Shown here one piece after another: positions 19,882 to 30,580 of a stretch of DNA of 64,000 bases. The notes beneath the pieces were generated by a model. That model saw only the letters and a program-made list of their open reading frames with translations, had not been told where the DNA came from and searched no databases. The position numbers and the translations under genes were made by a program. Origin of the DNA: Oscillospiraceae bacterium. GTDB taxonomy: Bacteria > Bacillota > Clostridia > Oscillospirales > SIG627. Location of the stretch: positions 7,504-71,503 of the forward strand of contig SVQO01000007.1 in assembly GCA_015065325.1 (NCBI GenBank), in the 5' to 3' direction. Positions within the stretch are counted from its first letter, which is position 1. Each line of letters starts with the position of its first letter.

Positions 19882-20339
19882 CTTTGTTTTTGTTGTCTTA
19901 AATTTTTGAAGAAGTTTTTTAAAAGAGATTGTGACTGCTCCTCAAGGATCCCCGTGGTGATTTCGGGCTTGTGATTGAAGGGCAAACTCGTCAGATCCAC
20001 GACGCTGCCCATAGCACCTGCCTTTGGGTCCATAGCTGCAATCACGACTCTTTTGATTCTTGAATTGATAATGGCGCCGCAACACATGGGGCACGGCTCC
20101 AGGGTGACGTACAGATCGCATTGCCAAAGTCGCCACCCAGCCAGTTTTTTACAAGCTTTGTCAATGGCGACCGTTTCTGCGTGAAGAAGGGCGTTCTTTT
20201 TCTTTTCCCTTGCATTTCGTCCACGTGCTATGATCTTATCATCCTTCACGATAACGCACCCGATGGGAACCTCACCCTCCAGCGCCGCTTTCTGTGCTTC
20301 CTTAAGCGCGGCGCTCATAAAGAATTCGTCTCGGGTCAT
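19872..20339 (-). CDS. tadA: tRNA adenosine(34) deaminase
   Basis: GEVPIG, HAE, TLEPCPMC; ATGA overlap with the PBP stop codon. Confidence 0.93.
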   Translation of the reverse strand: MTRDEFFMSAALKEAQKAALEGEVPIGCVIVKDDKIIARGRNAREKKKNALLHAETVAIDKACKKLAGWRLWQCDLYVTLEPCPMCCGAIINSRIKRVVIAAMDPKAGAMGSVVDLTSLPFNHKPEITTGILEEQSQSLLKNFFKNLRQQKQRTE

Positions 20340-22939
20340 TGACATAATTCCGGATTGTGGGTCGAGCAATACTTATTATATGGGTAAGATACCTTTGAAT
20401 AACCGGAGAAGGTTCCCGACGGGTAAGCGTAGTAGTAATAGGGAAGCGCTGCGCTGGCAGCGTACTTCACTCCGGCCGGCATATCAAAATAAGTGTACTG
20501 AGCGTCGGAGATCGCTACGTTTGTGACAAGCGTTCTCTTGACGTCGATCAACGCTCTGCTTGTTGTATCCGTACAATTCGGCCCGGCGATACAACCGGTT
20601 TCGTTGCAGTAGGGAACGAGAACGTGCGTGCTACAGGTGCCGGATGGCATATTGGAGCGTGTGTAGAAGCCGGTTGCCGTGCGACCGCCTCTGGGGTCGT
20701 GACTGCAATTTCCGCCAACCAACAGTCCGGAATCCTTGCAGTAAGAGCGCGTGACGAGACTCTTTGTAAGATCGTCAGAGAATTTCTTAACGTTTCCTGC
20801 TGCAATGATATCCTCGTGGATCGCGGTCATTACCTGGTCCCACAAATAGGTGGATGCTGTGGTGGTGCGTTGTCCTGCCGTAAAGCCGTAGAGAGACTTG
20901 GGCTTATCGTATCCTACCCATACTGCGGCAGTGTAATAGGGGGTGTATCCGCAGAAATAGAGGTCTTTGCTATCACTGGTGGTACCCGTTTTGCCTGCCA
21001 CGTTGATTTTTCTTCGCAAGGTTACGGCGGTACCGGTACCGGAGGTTACGACTTCTTCCAAAAGTTTTGTCATAACTGCGCAGGTATCTTCACTTAGAAT
21101 TACTTCGCTGGAGGAATAGGTGTTGTCCAAAATAATGTTATCTGCAGAGTCGAGAACCTTCAAATAGGTTTTCGGCTTGTTATAAACGCCGTTGTTTGCG
21201 ATTGCCGCATACGCTGCCGTCATATCTCTGTTGGTCACACCCTCCGTAAAGCCGCCCAGAGCGAGGGGCGCGTAGTCCATATCGGATGGAACAAGGGTAG
21301 AGAGACGGAATTTGTTTTTCAGAAAGTCGTAGGAGGTTTTCGTGCCGAGCAAATCCACGACTTTTACAGCAATGGTGTTTTTAGAGTTCCGCACGGCATG
21401 AGAAACGGTAACCAGCCCCTCGTAAAGCTTGTTATGGTTGTTAGGCCACACGTAACCGCTGGGTTCCATTTTGAAGGGCGTATCGTCAAAGACCGTGGAA
21501 TAATTGATCAAGCCCTTTTCCAAAGCAACGGAGTAGGCACTTAAGGGCTTAATGGAGGAACCGGGCTGACGGTGTGCCATTGTTGCTCGGTTAAAGTCCA
21601 AGGGTCCCTTTTCGCCTCTTCCGCCGTGAATGGCAACGATTTTACCCGTGCTGTGGTCAATAACGGTCACTGCGGATTGAACCTGTACGCCGGTACCGTG
21701 AGAAGGGAAGTTTGCGTCGTTGGCGTAGATTGCATCAACCTTTGACTGGAGATTTCTGTCAATGGTTGCATAAATTTTCAAGCCACCGCTGTAAAGCAGA
21801 TTTTTTGCGGTTTGCTCGTCGTAGTTATAGGTTGCCTGCAGATCGTCTATGATATCGAAGATCAAGGTATCAACAAACCAGCTGTGAACGGTGCTGATCT
21901 TCTGTTCCTCTCCTCGAGCCAGCACGAGTTCTTCTTTCTTTGCCGCACGGATTTCCTCAATGGTGTACGTTTTGTCGATGTTGGTGTTGTAATACATTTC
22001 ATTGAGAACCGTATCGCGTCGCTCGTCGTTGTTTTCCGGATGTGAGATGGGATCGAATCTTGACGGGTTCTGAGGAATCGAAGCAAGAGAGGCACATTCT
22101 ACCAGGGTCAATTCTGAAACCTCTTTGCCGAAATATTCGTAAGCTGCCGCAGAGACACCGTAGCATCCCTTGGATAAGTAGATCGTGTTCAAATAGTTCT
22201 CAAGGATTTCTTCCTTAGAACGCTTGCTTTCCAGATTCAGAGCACGAAGGATCTCCTGAATCTTTCTTTGTATGGTAACGTCGTCGTCACCCGTGACGTT
22301 TTTGATCAGCTGCTGGGTAATGGTTGAACCGCCGTAAGAATCGTTGCCGGTTGCAAATTGCAAAATTGCACCGATGGTACGCTTCATATCTACGCCCTTG
22401 TGCGTAAAGAAACGCTTGTCCTCGATGGAAACGAAGGCGTTGATCAAGTCCTCGGGCATTTCCTCGTACGCGACCCACATACGGTTCTCGGTACCGTGAA
22501 TGCGTTCTTCCTCCCATTCGACCCAGTCTTTGGTTCCGTCGGCAAGGGTTGTTTCATAATAGATCTTCGTGGTCAGATTGGAATCGGTTTTCAGATCCTC
22601 AATGTCAAAAACGGGATCTACGTAGTTCTTGATGTAGACCACCAAAGCGCATGCAATGGCTGAGCCCGTGATAATGCCGATCAGAAGAACGGTCAACAGA
22701 ATGTTGATGGCGTACGTGGCGATCTTTGCGCAGTACTTCCCGAGCGTGCGTGCAATCAGAAAGAAGACTTCTTTTTTTGATGCAGGCGAGCTTGCGGAAG
22801 TCTGTGCGTTCTTCTGCGGTTTTGGGTTTGGGCGAGGAGAAGCGGAGCCGCTTTTCTTGGGGGCGGCGGATTCCTTCTCGTTCGCTTTCTTTGCCGGGGA
22901 GGGAGAGGCGTTTTCCGGCTTTTTCTTATTTTGATCCAT
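20336..22939 (-). CDS. Class A penicillin-binding protein (transglycosylase/transpeptidase)
   Basis: EDKRF, GGSTITQQL, RKIQE, SxxK (GSSIK), SxN, KTGT; Cys/His-rich tail. Confidence 0.95.
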   Translation of the reverse strand: MDQNKKKPENASPSPAKKANEKESAAPKKSGSASPRPNPKPQKNAQTSASSPASKKEVFFLIARTLGKYCAKIATYAINILLTVLLIGIITGSAIACALVVYIKNYVDPVFDIEDLKTDSNLTTKIYYETTLADGTKDWVEWEEERIHGTENRMWVAYEEMPEDLINAFVSIEDKRFFTHKGVDMKRTIGAILQFATGNDSYGGSTITQQLIKNVTGDDDVTIQRKIQEILRALNLESKRSKEEILENYLNTIYLSKGCYGVSAAAYEYFGKEVSELTLVECASLASIPQNPSRFDPISHPENNDERRDTVLNEMYYNTNIDKTYTIEEIRAAKKEELVLARGEEQKISTVHSWFVDTLIFDIIDDLQATYNYDEQTAKNLLYSGGLKIYATIDRNLQSKVDAIYANDANFPSHGTGVQVQSAVTVIDHSTGKIVAIHGGRGEKGPLDFNRATMAHRQPGSSIKPLSAYSVALEKGLINYSTVFDDTPFKMEPSGYVWPNNHNKLYEGLVTVSHAVRNSKNTIAVKVVDLLGTKTSYDFLKNKFRLSTLVPSDMDYAPLALGGFTEGVTNRDMTAAYAAIANNGVYNKPKTYLKVLDSADNIILDNTYSSSEVILSEDTCAVMTKLLEEVVTSGTGTAVTLRRKINVAGKTGTTSDSKDLYFCGYTPYYTAAVWVGYDKPKSLYGFTAGQRTTTASTYLWDQVMTAIHEDIIAAGNVKKFSDDLTKSLVTRSYCKDSGLLVGGNCSHDPRGGRTATGFYTRSNMPSGTCSTHVLVPYCNETGCIAGPNCTDTTSRALIDVKRTLVTNVAISDAQYTYFDMPAGVKYAASAALPYYYYAYPSGTFSGYSKVSYPYNKYCSTHNPELCQ

Positions 22940-22963
22940 AGTTTCTCCTAAATGGTTTCGAGA

Positions 22964-25900
22964 TCATTTCAATCCCACGTTATCATTCCCTAAAAGTTCG
23001 CAAAGTTCGTGATAAACACTCGGAGTCAAATTGGTTCCGAGACCGGATAAATTGAATAACTTTTTCGTGTCGAGATAGTAGAAATAACAAGGTGTATTTC
23101 CGGGGAAAATTTTGAGCAAAGCCAATGCTCTTTTCTCTATTTTACTCCCTTTTGTCGGGAAACGCAAGAACAATTTTGAAACAGATTGAAAATTATTGGG
23201 AATTCCGCTTTTTTTGGACTTTTCGGGTTCTTGCTTAGGGGAGATTTTTACAAGGGATTCCGCTTGCTCTGCGGCAACGATTTTTTCAGCAATGATCTTG
23301 ATTTCATCGTCCTTGGTATTGACCCTTCCGAGGACTGCAACGATTTTTTCTGCCGCAAGATTTGCAGAAGAATCTGCAAGGATTTTTGGAAATACGATGA
23401 TCTCGCATAAGCCCGTCATATCCTCGCCGCGTACGAAAGCCATTTTCTCTCCGCTGCGGACCTGCTTGAGCGTAACGCCGCCTACCTGGCAGAGTAAAAG
23501 CACCCTTTGGTTGTCCTCGTACTCCTCCTGCTCGGTTCGAAAAGAAAGAATTTCAACGGCTCCGATCCTTTTTGCCAGGGATACGTAACTGCTCATCGGA
23601 TGTCCGGAAAGATATACGCCGCATACGCTTTTTTCACCGCGAAGTCTTTCGGCTTCCGTAAAATCCGCAACGTCGGGAAAAGGGTCGTCTTTTGAAGGAG
23701 CGGTTTCTTCGTCGATGGTGTCAAACAAGCTCATTTGTCCCGGCATGGCGTGTCTTTGTGCAAGACTTGCGTCGGAAATGGTATTTTCCGTGACCGCAAG
23801 AAGCTGCGCACGGGTTCCGCCGAAGCAGTCCATGGCACCGGAGAGAATTAAGCTTTCCACTGCCTTGCGATTGAGACCGCAAGGACGCATTCGCTCAATA
23901 AAGTCCTTGAAGGATGCGAAAGGGGTTTTGCTTCGCTGAAGGAAAATATTTCTCACCAGGTTTTCTCCGACGTTTTTTATGCCGACCAGACCGAAGCGAA
24001 GTCCCTCGTCTTCAACGGAAAATGAGAATTGGCTTTTATTGATGTGAGGAGGAAGGATTCGAATGCCCATTTTTTGACATTCGGCAAAATAGTAAGAATA
24101 TTTATCGCTATCCAACTGATTGGTCAGCATTGCCGCCATATATTCCTTTGGGTATTTGCATTTTAGGAAAGCCGTCCGATAACTGAGAACGGCATAAGCG
24201 GCGGCGTGGGATTTGTTAAAGGCGTATTCGGCAAATTTATCCATATCGTCAAAGATTTTATTTGCCTGTTCCTCGGAAATTCCACGCGCCAAAGCACCTT
24301 CACATTCTACGGTGCCGTCCTCTTTCTTCGAGCCGTACAGGAAAGCTTGCCTTTCCTTTTCCATCACGTCCTTTTTCTTTTTGGACATTGCGCGACGCAC
24401 GATATCTGCTCTTCCGAAGGAATAACCCGCCAGCTTACGGAAAATTTCCATAACCTGTTCCTGGTAAACGATGCAACCGTGAGTGGCTCCGAGAATCTCG
24501 GAAAGCTCGGGGATTTCGTGGGTGCGTATTCCTTTGCTGCGATTTTCCAGAAAACGGGGGATCGAATCCTTGGGGCCCGGACGGTACAATGCAATGGCGG
24601 CGGTGATATCCGCAATGCTTTTCGGCTTCATCTGAAGCATCAAAGCCTTCATTCCGGAAGATTCGATCTGGAACATACCTGCGGTCTCACCGCGAGAGAT
24701 CATATCAAATGTCTCACCGTCGTCCTCGGGAATGCCGAGAATATCAAAGCTTGGGTCCTTTTTATGAATTTCTTCGATGGCATCCCGTATGACGGTCAGA
24801 TAGCGAAGACCGAGAAAGTCGATTTTTAAAAGACCGAGATCGGCAATTTCGTTCATGGTGTATTGTACGACCTTCGTACCACCGTTAACCGCCAATGGCA
24901 CATAGTCGGAAACGGGCTTGTCGGTCAAAACTACCCCTGCTGCGTGAATGGAGGCGTTGCGGGGCATTCCTTCAAGCGCCATTGCCGCATCCATCAATTT
25001 TTTTGCATCGCCGCTTGCACAAAGCTCACGAAGCTCTGCGTCGCTTTCCATTGCCTTTTTTAAGGTCATATCGAGAAAGTGGGGAATCTTTTTTGCAATT
25101 TTATCAACCTCGTTGTAAGAAATGCCCATCACGCGACCGACGTCTCGTACAGCGGCACGAGCAGCCATAGTATTGAAGGTGACGATCTGTGCAACGTGGT
25201 CTTCGCCGTATTTTTCCGTTACGTAGCGAATGACCTCTTGGCGTCTTTCCTTACAGAAGTCGATATCAAAGTCGGGCATGGAAACTCTCTCGGGGTTCAG
25301 GAATCTCTCGAAAATAAGCTTTTCACGAATTGGGTCAAGCTCGGTTATGTCAAGACACCATGCAACCAGAGAGCCTGCTCCGCTGCCTCGTCCGGGACCA
25401 ACGTAGATCCCCTGCTTTTTTGCGAATCCGACGAAATCGGCTACGATGAGAAAATAGTCGGAAAATCCCATAGCTTCAATAGTGTTCAGCTCGTAATTCA
25501 AACGTTCTTGATACGTAGAGATATCTGTGATCCCAAACTGCTTTGCTCGCATTTGAAGCCCTTCCGAAGCCGTCTTTCGAAGGTATTCCTCGGAGCTTAG
25601 TCCGAAATCGTTATGAAAGTGAGGCAAGTGTGCGGAAGAAAAATCAAATTCAACCTGACAGCGCTCTGCAATTTTACCGGTGTTGGTAATTGCTTCCGGA
25701 TGCTTTGGGAAAAGAGAAGCCATTTCCTCGGTGCTCTTCATATAGAATTGATCGGTTTCAAAGCGCATTCTACTTTCATCCTGAAGCACTTTTCCGGTTT
25801 GTACGCAAAGCAAAACGTCGTGTATTTCCGCGTCCTCCTTGCGCAGATAATGCACGTCATTGGTGCACACCAGAGGAATGTTAAGCTTTTCGGATAGGGA

Positions 25901-26479
25901 AATCAGCGCAGAATTTACTCTGAGCTGATCTGCGATTCCGTGGTCCTGCAATTCCAGATAGAAATGATCCTGACCGAAAATGCTCTGAAGCTGCACGGCG
26001 CTCTCCTCGGCACCGGCAAGATTCCCTTGCAGAATTTCCTGAGGAATTTTGCCTGCAAGGCAAGCGGATAGGGCAATCAAACCTTCACCGTGGCGACGCA
26101 AAGCATCAAGGTCAACCCTTGGTTTTTGGTAAAATCCGTCGGTAAAAGCCTCGGTTACCAGTCGGATTAGGTTGTGATAACCTGTCATATTTTCGCAAAG
26201 CAGGACCAAGTGATAGTAATTGCGGTCAATGTTCGGGTCTTTGTCGCGCATACTGCGGGGCGCTACGTAAACCTCGCATCCGATGATCGGATGAATTCCT
26301 GCTTTCTTTGCAGCCTTGTAAAATGCGATGACACCGTAAATAACGCCGTGGTCTGTAATTGCTACGTGCTTTTGTCCCAATTCTTTTGCGCGCTGAAAAA
26401 TTCTGTCGATGCGGCAAGCACCGTCCAGAAGGGAATATTCGGTATGGAGATGGAGATGAACAAAATCTTCTTGTTTCAT
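22964..26479 (-). CDS. dnaE: DNA polymerase III alpha subunit
   Basis: HLHTEYSLLDG, GRGSGAGS, PDFDIDF, YAFNKSH. Confidence 0.97.
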   Translation of the reverse strand: MKQEDFVHLHLHTEYSLLDGACRIDRIFQRAKELGQKHVAITDHGVIYGVIAFYKAAKKAGIHPIIGCEVYVAPRSMRDKDPNIDRNYYHLVLLCENMTGYHNLIRLVTEAFTDGFYQKPRVDLDALRRHGEGLIALSACLAGKIPQEILQGNLAGAEESAVQLQSIFGQDHFYLELQDHGIADQLRVNSALISLSEKLNIPLVCTNDVHYLRKEDAEIHDVLLCVQTGKVLQDESRMRFETDQFYMKSTEEMASLFPKHPEAITNTGKIAERCQVEFDFSSAHLPHFHNDFGLSSEEYLRKTASEGLQMRAKQFGITDISTYQERLNYELNTIEAMGFSDYFLIVADFVGFAKKQGIYVGPGRGSGAGSLVAWCLDITELDPIREKLIFERFLNPERVSMPDFDIDFCKERRQEVIRYVTEKYGEDHVAQIVTFNTMAARAAVRDVGRVMGISYNEVDKIAKKIPHFLDMTLKKAMESDAELRELCASGDAKKLMDAAMALEGMPRNASIHAAGVVLTDKPVSDYVPLAVNGGTKVVQYTMNEIADLGLLKIDFLGLRYLTVIRDAIEEIHKKDPSFDILGIPEDDGETFDMISRGETAGMFQIESSGMKALMLQMKPKSIADITAAIALYRPGPKDSIPRFLENRSKGIRTHEIPELSEILGATHGCIVYQEQVMEIFRKLAGYSFGRADIVRRAMSKKKKDVMEKERQAFLYGSKKEDGTVECEGALARGISEEQANKIFDDMDKFAEYAFNKSHAAAYAVLSYRTAFLKCKYPKEYMAAMLTNQLDSDKYSYYFAECQKMGIRILPPHINKSQFSFSVEDEGLRFGLVGIKNVGENLVRNIFLQRSKTPFASFKDFIERMRPCGLNRKAVESLILSGAMDCFGGTRAQLLAVTENTISDASLAQRHAMPGQMSLFDTIDEETAPSKDDPFPDVADFTEAERLRGEKSVCGVYLSGHPMSSYVSLAKRIGAVEILSFRTEQEEYEDNQRVLLLCQVGGVTLKQVRSGEKMAFVRGEDMTGLCEIIVFPKILADSSANLAAEKIVAVLGRVNTKDDEIKIIAEKIVAAEQAESLVKISPKQEPEKSKKSGIPNNFQSVSKLFLRFPTKGSKIEKRALALLKIFPGNTPCYFYYLDTKKLFNLSGLGTNLTPSVYHELCELLGNDNVGLK

Positions 26480-26579
26480 AGGAATACCTTTGACAGAACG
26501 CAAAATTCGTATTATAATATCACCTAGTTTTAATTATACCATATAAGTAAAAAAAATACAACAAAATTTTGGAGTACCA

Positions 26580-27296
26580 ATGAGAGAAGAACCCGTTATT
26601 TTTGAAAGCTACGATTTATCCGCGTCCGGATTTGTCCGTCCCAGTGCAATTTTACGGAGAATGCAGGAGATCGCAGGGCGCGATCTGGACACTTCCTTCG
26701 GCATATCTTACGACGACCTTCGTGCGCGAAATATGGCTTTTGTCGTTTCGAAAATTGCTCTATCTCTTGATCAACCTCTCCGTGAGCAGGTTCGTTATAC
26801 CATTCGTTCAGGCCCCCAGGAAACCCACGGAGCAACCTTTCCCCGTTCCTTTGTGATCGAGGATGAACAAGGCGTTGTTGCCAGAGCTAACAGCTTGTGG
26901 GCTCTTTTGGATTTTGAAAAGCGCTGTCTGCTTCGCGCTTCGGCACTTGGAGATAATATTTCTTCTTGTCCCGACCTATCTGATGGTCTTGCTTGCGAAA
27001 GATTGGCACGCATCAAGGATTCCAAGCCGGATTGCTCCGATGAAAGGCGAGTTTATCCGTCTTTGCTTGACCGAAATTGTCACTTGAACAATTGCAATTA
27101 TGCGGACCTGGCAACAGATCTTTTGCCGAAAAAAAGCGGTGAAGTACGTGAACTCCACATTACCTTTCAAAAAGAAGCACGTCTTGGAGACGTAATTTGC
27201 CTGAACGGTTTTTCTCGGGACGACGGCTTTCTGGTCAACGGTTCTTTCCGAGACAGTGAGGAGAACTGCTTCCTTGCGAAAATCAAAATGTTTTGA
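26580..27296 (+). CDS. Acyl-ACP thioesterase family protein
   Basis: LDRNCHLNNCNY (DxNxHxNN) and double hotdog length. Confidence 0.85.
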   Translation: MREEPVIFESYDLSASGFVRPSAILRRMQEIAGRDLDTSFGISYDDLRARNMAFVVSKIALSLDQPLREQVRYTIRSGPQETHGATFPRSFVIEDEQGVVARANSLWALLDFEKRCLLRASALGDNISSCPDLSDGLACERLARIKDSKPDCSDERRVYPSLLDRNCHLNNCNYADLATDLLPKKSGEVRELHITFQKEARLGDVICLNGFSRDDGFLVNGSFRDSEENCFLAKIKMF

Positions 27297-27302
27297 GGTT
27301 GA

Positions 27303-28439
<1,137 letters not shown>

Positions 28440-28448
28440 GGAGCTTTT

Positions 28449-29630
28449 ATGGAAGAGAGAATTGAACTTGTTGCCACTTGTCTGTTTGGGTTGGAAAAGT
28501 TTTTGGGAGAAGAGATCGATGCTCTTGGGTATCAAAGAGTTGAAACCATCGATGGCAGAGTGACCTTCTCGGGACCTGTTTCCGCCATTGCCCGTGCAAA
28601 TATGTTTTTACGCTTTGCCGAAAAAGTGTATATAAAAATGGGTGATTTTACCGCTACCGGTTTTGAAGAGCTGTTTCAAGGGGTAAAAGCCTTGGAATGG
28701 GAAAAATGGATCGGTCCCGACGATGCTTTTCCCGTAAAGGGACATTCGATTCGTTCGCAGCTTCGCAGTATTCCCGATCTGCAGAGCATCGTAAAAAAAG
28801 CTGTTGTTGACAGACTTTCCGCAGAATACGGTATTTCTTGGTTTTCCGAGGAGGGAAGTCTTCTTCAGATCGAGTTTTTTCTTTTAAACGATCGTGCTCA
28901 GCTTTTGATCGATACGTCCGGAGCTCCTTTGTATAAAAGGGGGTACCGCAAAGAGACGGGGGAGGCTCCCATTCGCGAGACTTTGGCTGCCGCCCTTTGC
29001 CGAATCGCAAGACCCAGAGAGGAAGTTCTTTTTTGGGATCCCTTTTGCGGTAGTGGAACCATCCCCATCGAGGCGGCGATGATGATGAAAAACGTTGCTC
29101 CGGGGTCCTTTCGTACGTTTGCCGGTGAGAATTTTCTGGATCTTCCGGAAACGATTTGGAAGCAAGCGCGGGAGGAAGCCTGTGATTTGCGCAAGGATAC
29201 GAAGTTCGAAGCATTTGCCAGCGATCTTGATCCTGCAATGGTGGAGATCGCAAAGATCAATGCAGAAAGCGCCGGCGTTTCCGATCTCATTCGATTTTTC
29301 CCTAAAAATGCTCTCGGTATCGAAACGCACGGCAGACGGGGAACTATTGTTTGCAATCCGCCTTACGGTGAGAGAATGGATACGCATGACAAGGTATTCG
29401 ATCTCTATTCCGCAATGGGCGCTCACTGGAAAAAGCTGGATCGTTGGCAGATCTACGTGATCACCAGTGACGAGAATTTTCAGAACCATTACGGAAGACG
29501 TGCGGATAACGTGCGAAAACTTTATAACGGTATGTTAAAATGCTTTTATTATCAGTTTTTTAAACCGAAGGAAATTCACTCGGAACATGCTTTTTCCCGT
29601 AAATCTTTTCAAAAGGAGAGAAAGAAATGA
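28449..29630 (+). CDS. THUMP-domain RNA methyltransferase (RlmL/YpsC-like)
   Basis: LYKRGYR, APIRETLAA, DPFCGSGT, NPPYG. Confidence 0.9.
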   Translation: MEERIELVATCLFGLEKFLGEEIDALGYQRVETIDGRVTFSGPVSAIARANMFLRFAEKVYIKMGDFTATGFEELFQGVKALEWEKWIGPDDAFPVKGHSIRSQLRSIPDLQSIVKKAVVDRLSAEYGISWFSEEGSLLQIEFFLLNDRAQLLIDTSGAPLYKRGYRKETGEAPIRETLAAALCRIARPREEVLFWDPFCGSGTIPIEAAMMMKNVAPGSFRTFAGENFLDLPETIWKQAREEACDLRKDTKFEAFASDLDPAMVEIAKINAESAGVSDLIRFFPKNALGIETHGRRGTIVCNPPYGERMDTHDKVFDLYSAMGAHWKKLDRWQIYVITSDENFQNHYGRRADNVRKLYNGMLKCFYYQFFKPKEIHSEHAFSRKSFQKERKK

Positions 29631-30478
29631 GAGAAATTGCCTGGTATAACGGGAAACTGACCACTCTTGAGGAAGCGAGAATTTCTCCGGACGACAGGGC
29701 TTTTTATTTCGGAGACGGTATCTATGATGTTGTCACCGTTCGAAAGGGTATTTGCTTTGCTTTGGAGGACCATCTGGATCGGTTCTTTACCAATGCAGAA
29801 AGACTTCGCTTGAATATGCCTATGACAAAGGACGAGGTCCGTGGTGTTTGCGATGATCTGATTTCGAAATTGGATCGGGATATCGAGGAGGCCGCTTTAT
29901 ATTTCCAGGCATCTCGCGCTACCGCGCCTCGCAATCACGCTTTTCCGGAAAATGCAAAGGCGAATCTATATTTCACCCTGAAGCCTTCCAAATTTAAAAA
30001 GATTGGCATGGAAATTTCCGCGATCTTTGAGAAAGATATTCGCTTTTTAATGTGCGATATTAAGACTTTAAATCTTTTGCCAAACGTTCTTGCGCAGCAA
30101 AAGGCTTTGGAAGCGGGTTGCTATGAGGTCATTTTTCACCGCGGAGAGAGGGTAACGGAAGGGTCCCACAGTTGTATTTGTATGTTGAAGGACGGAGTGT
30201 TCTGTACGCCGCCTACCGATGAAATGATCCTACCCAGCATTACCCGCAAGCACTATTTGCAGATTTGTGAGAAATTGGGGATTCCTACTCGGATTGCTCC
30301 CTTTACCAGGGACGAGCTTCTGCAAGCGGATGAGATTATTGTTATGTCAACGACCGCTCTGATGTGCAGATGCATCAAAATCAACGGCAATTCCGTAGGA
30401 GGAAGGGATGGGGAAAACCTCCGGCGTATTGCGGATGCTTACCGTGCTCGCATACTTCGCGAGACAGAGGGTAAGTGA
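29627..30478 (+). CDS. Class IV aminotransferase, D-amino-acid transaminase-like
   Basis: DRAFYFGDGIY, CDIKTLNLLPN, ILPSITR. Confidence 0.87.
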   Translation: MREIAWYNGKLTTLEEARISPDDRAFYFGDGIYDVVTVRKGICFALEDHLDRFFTNAERLRLNMPMTKDEVRGVCDDLISKLDRDIEEAALYFQASRATAPRNHAFPENAKANLYFTLKPSKFKKIGMEISAIFEKDIRFLMCDIKTLNLLPNVLAQQKALEAGCYEVIFHRGERVTEGSHSCICMLKDGVFCTPPTDEMILPSITRKHYLQICEKLGIPTRIAPFTRDELLQADEIIVMSTTALMCRCIKINGNSVGGRDGENLRRIADAYRARILRETEGK

Positions 30479-30493
30479 TAATCTTTGATATAG

Positions 30494-30533
30494 AAAAATA
30501 CAGACACGCAAGCGTTTGCGTGTCTGTATTTTT
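30494..30533. terminator. Bidirectional intrinsic terminator
   Basis: AAAAATACAGACACGCAA/TTGCGTGTCTGTATTTTT. Confidence 0.85.
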
Positions 30534-30580
30534 GTCGTAGGGAGGAAATTGATTTTTTATATACAAAGAGATAAAGTGAG

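Noticed and set aside
30503-30521. LacI/PurR-like palindrome ACGCAAGCGTTTGCGT
   Set aside because: It is the top of a terminator hairpin between convergent genes, with no promoter to regulate.
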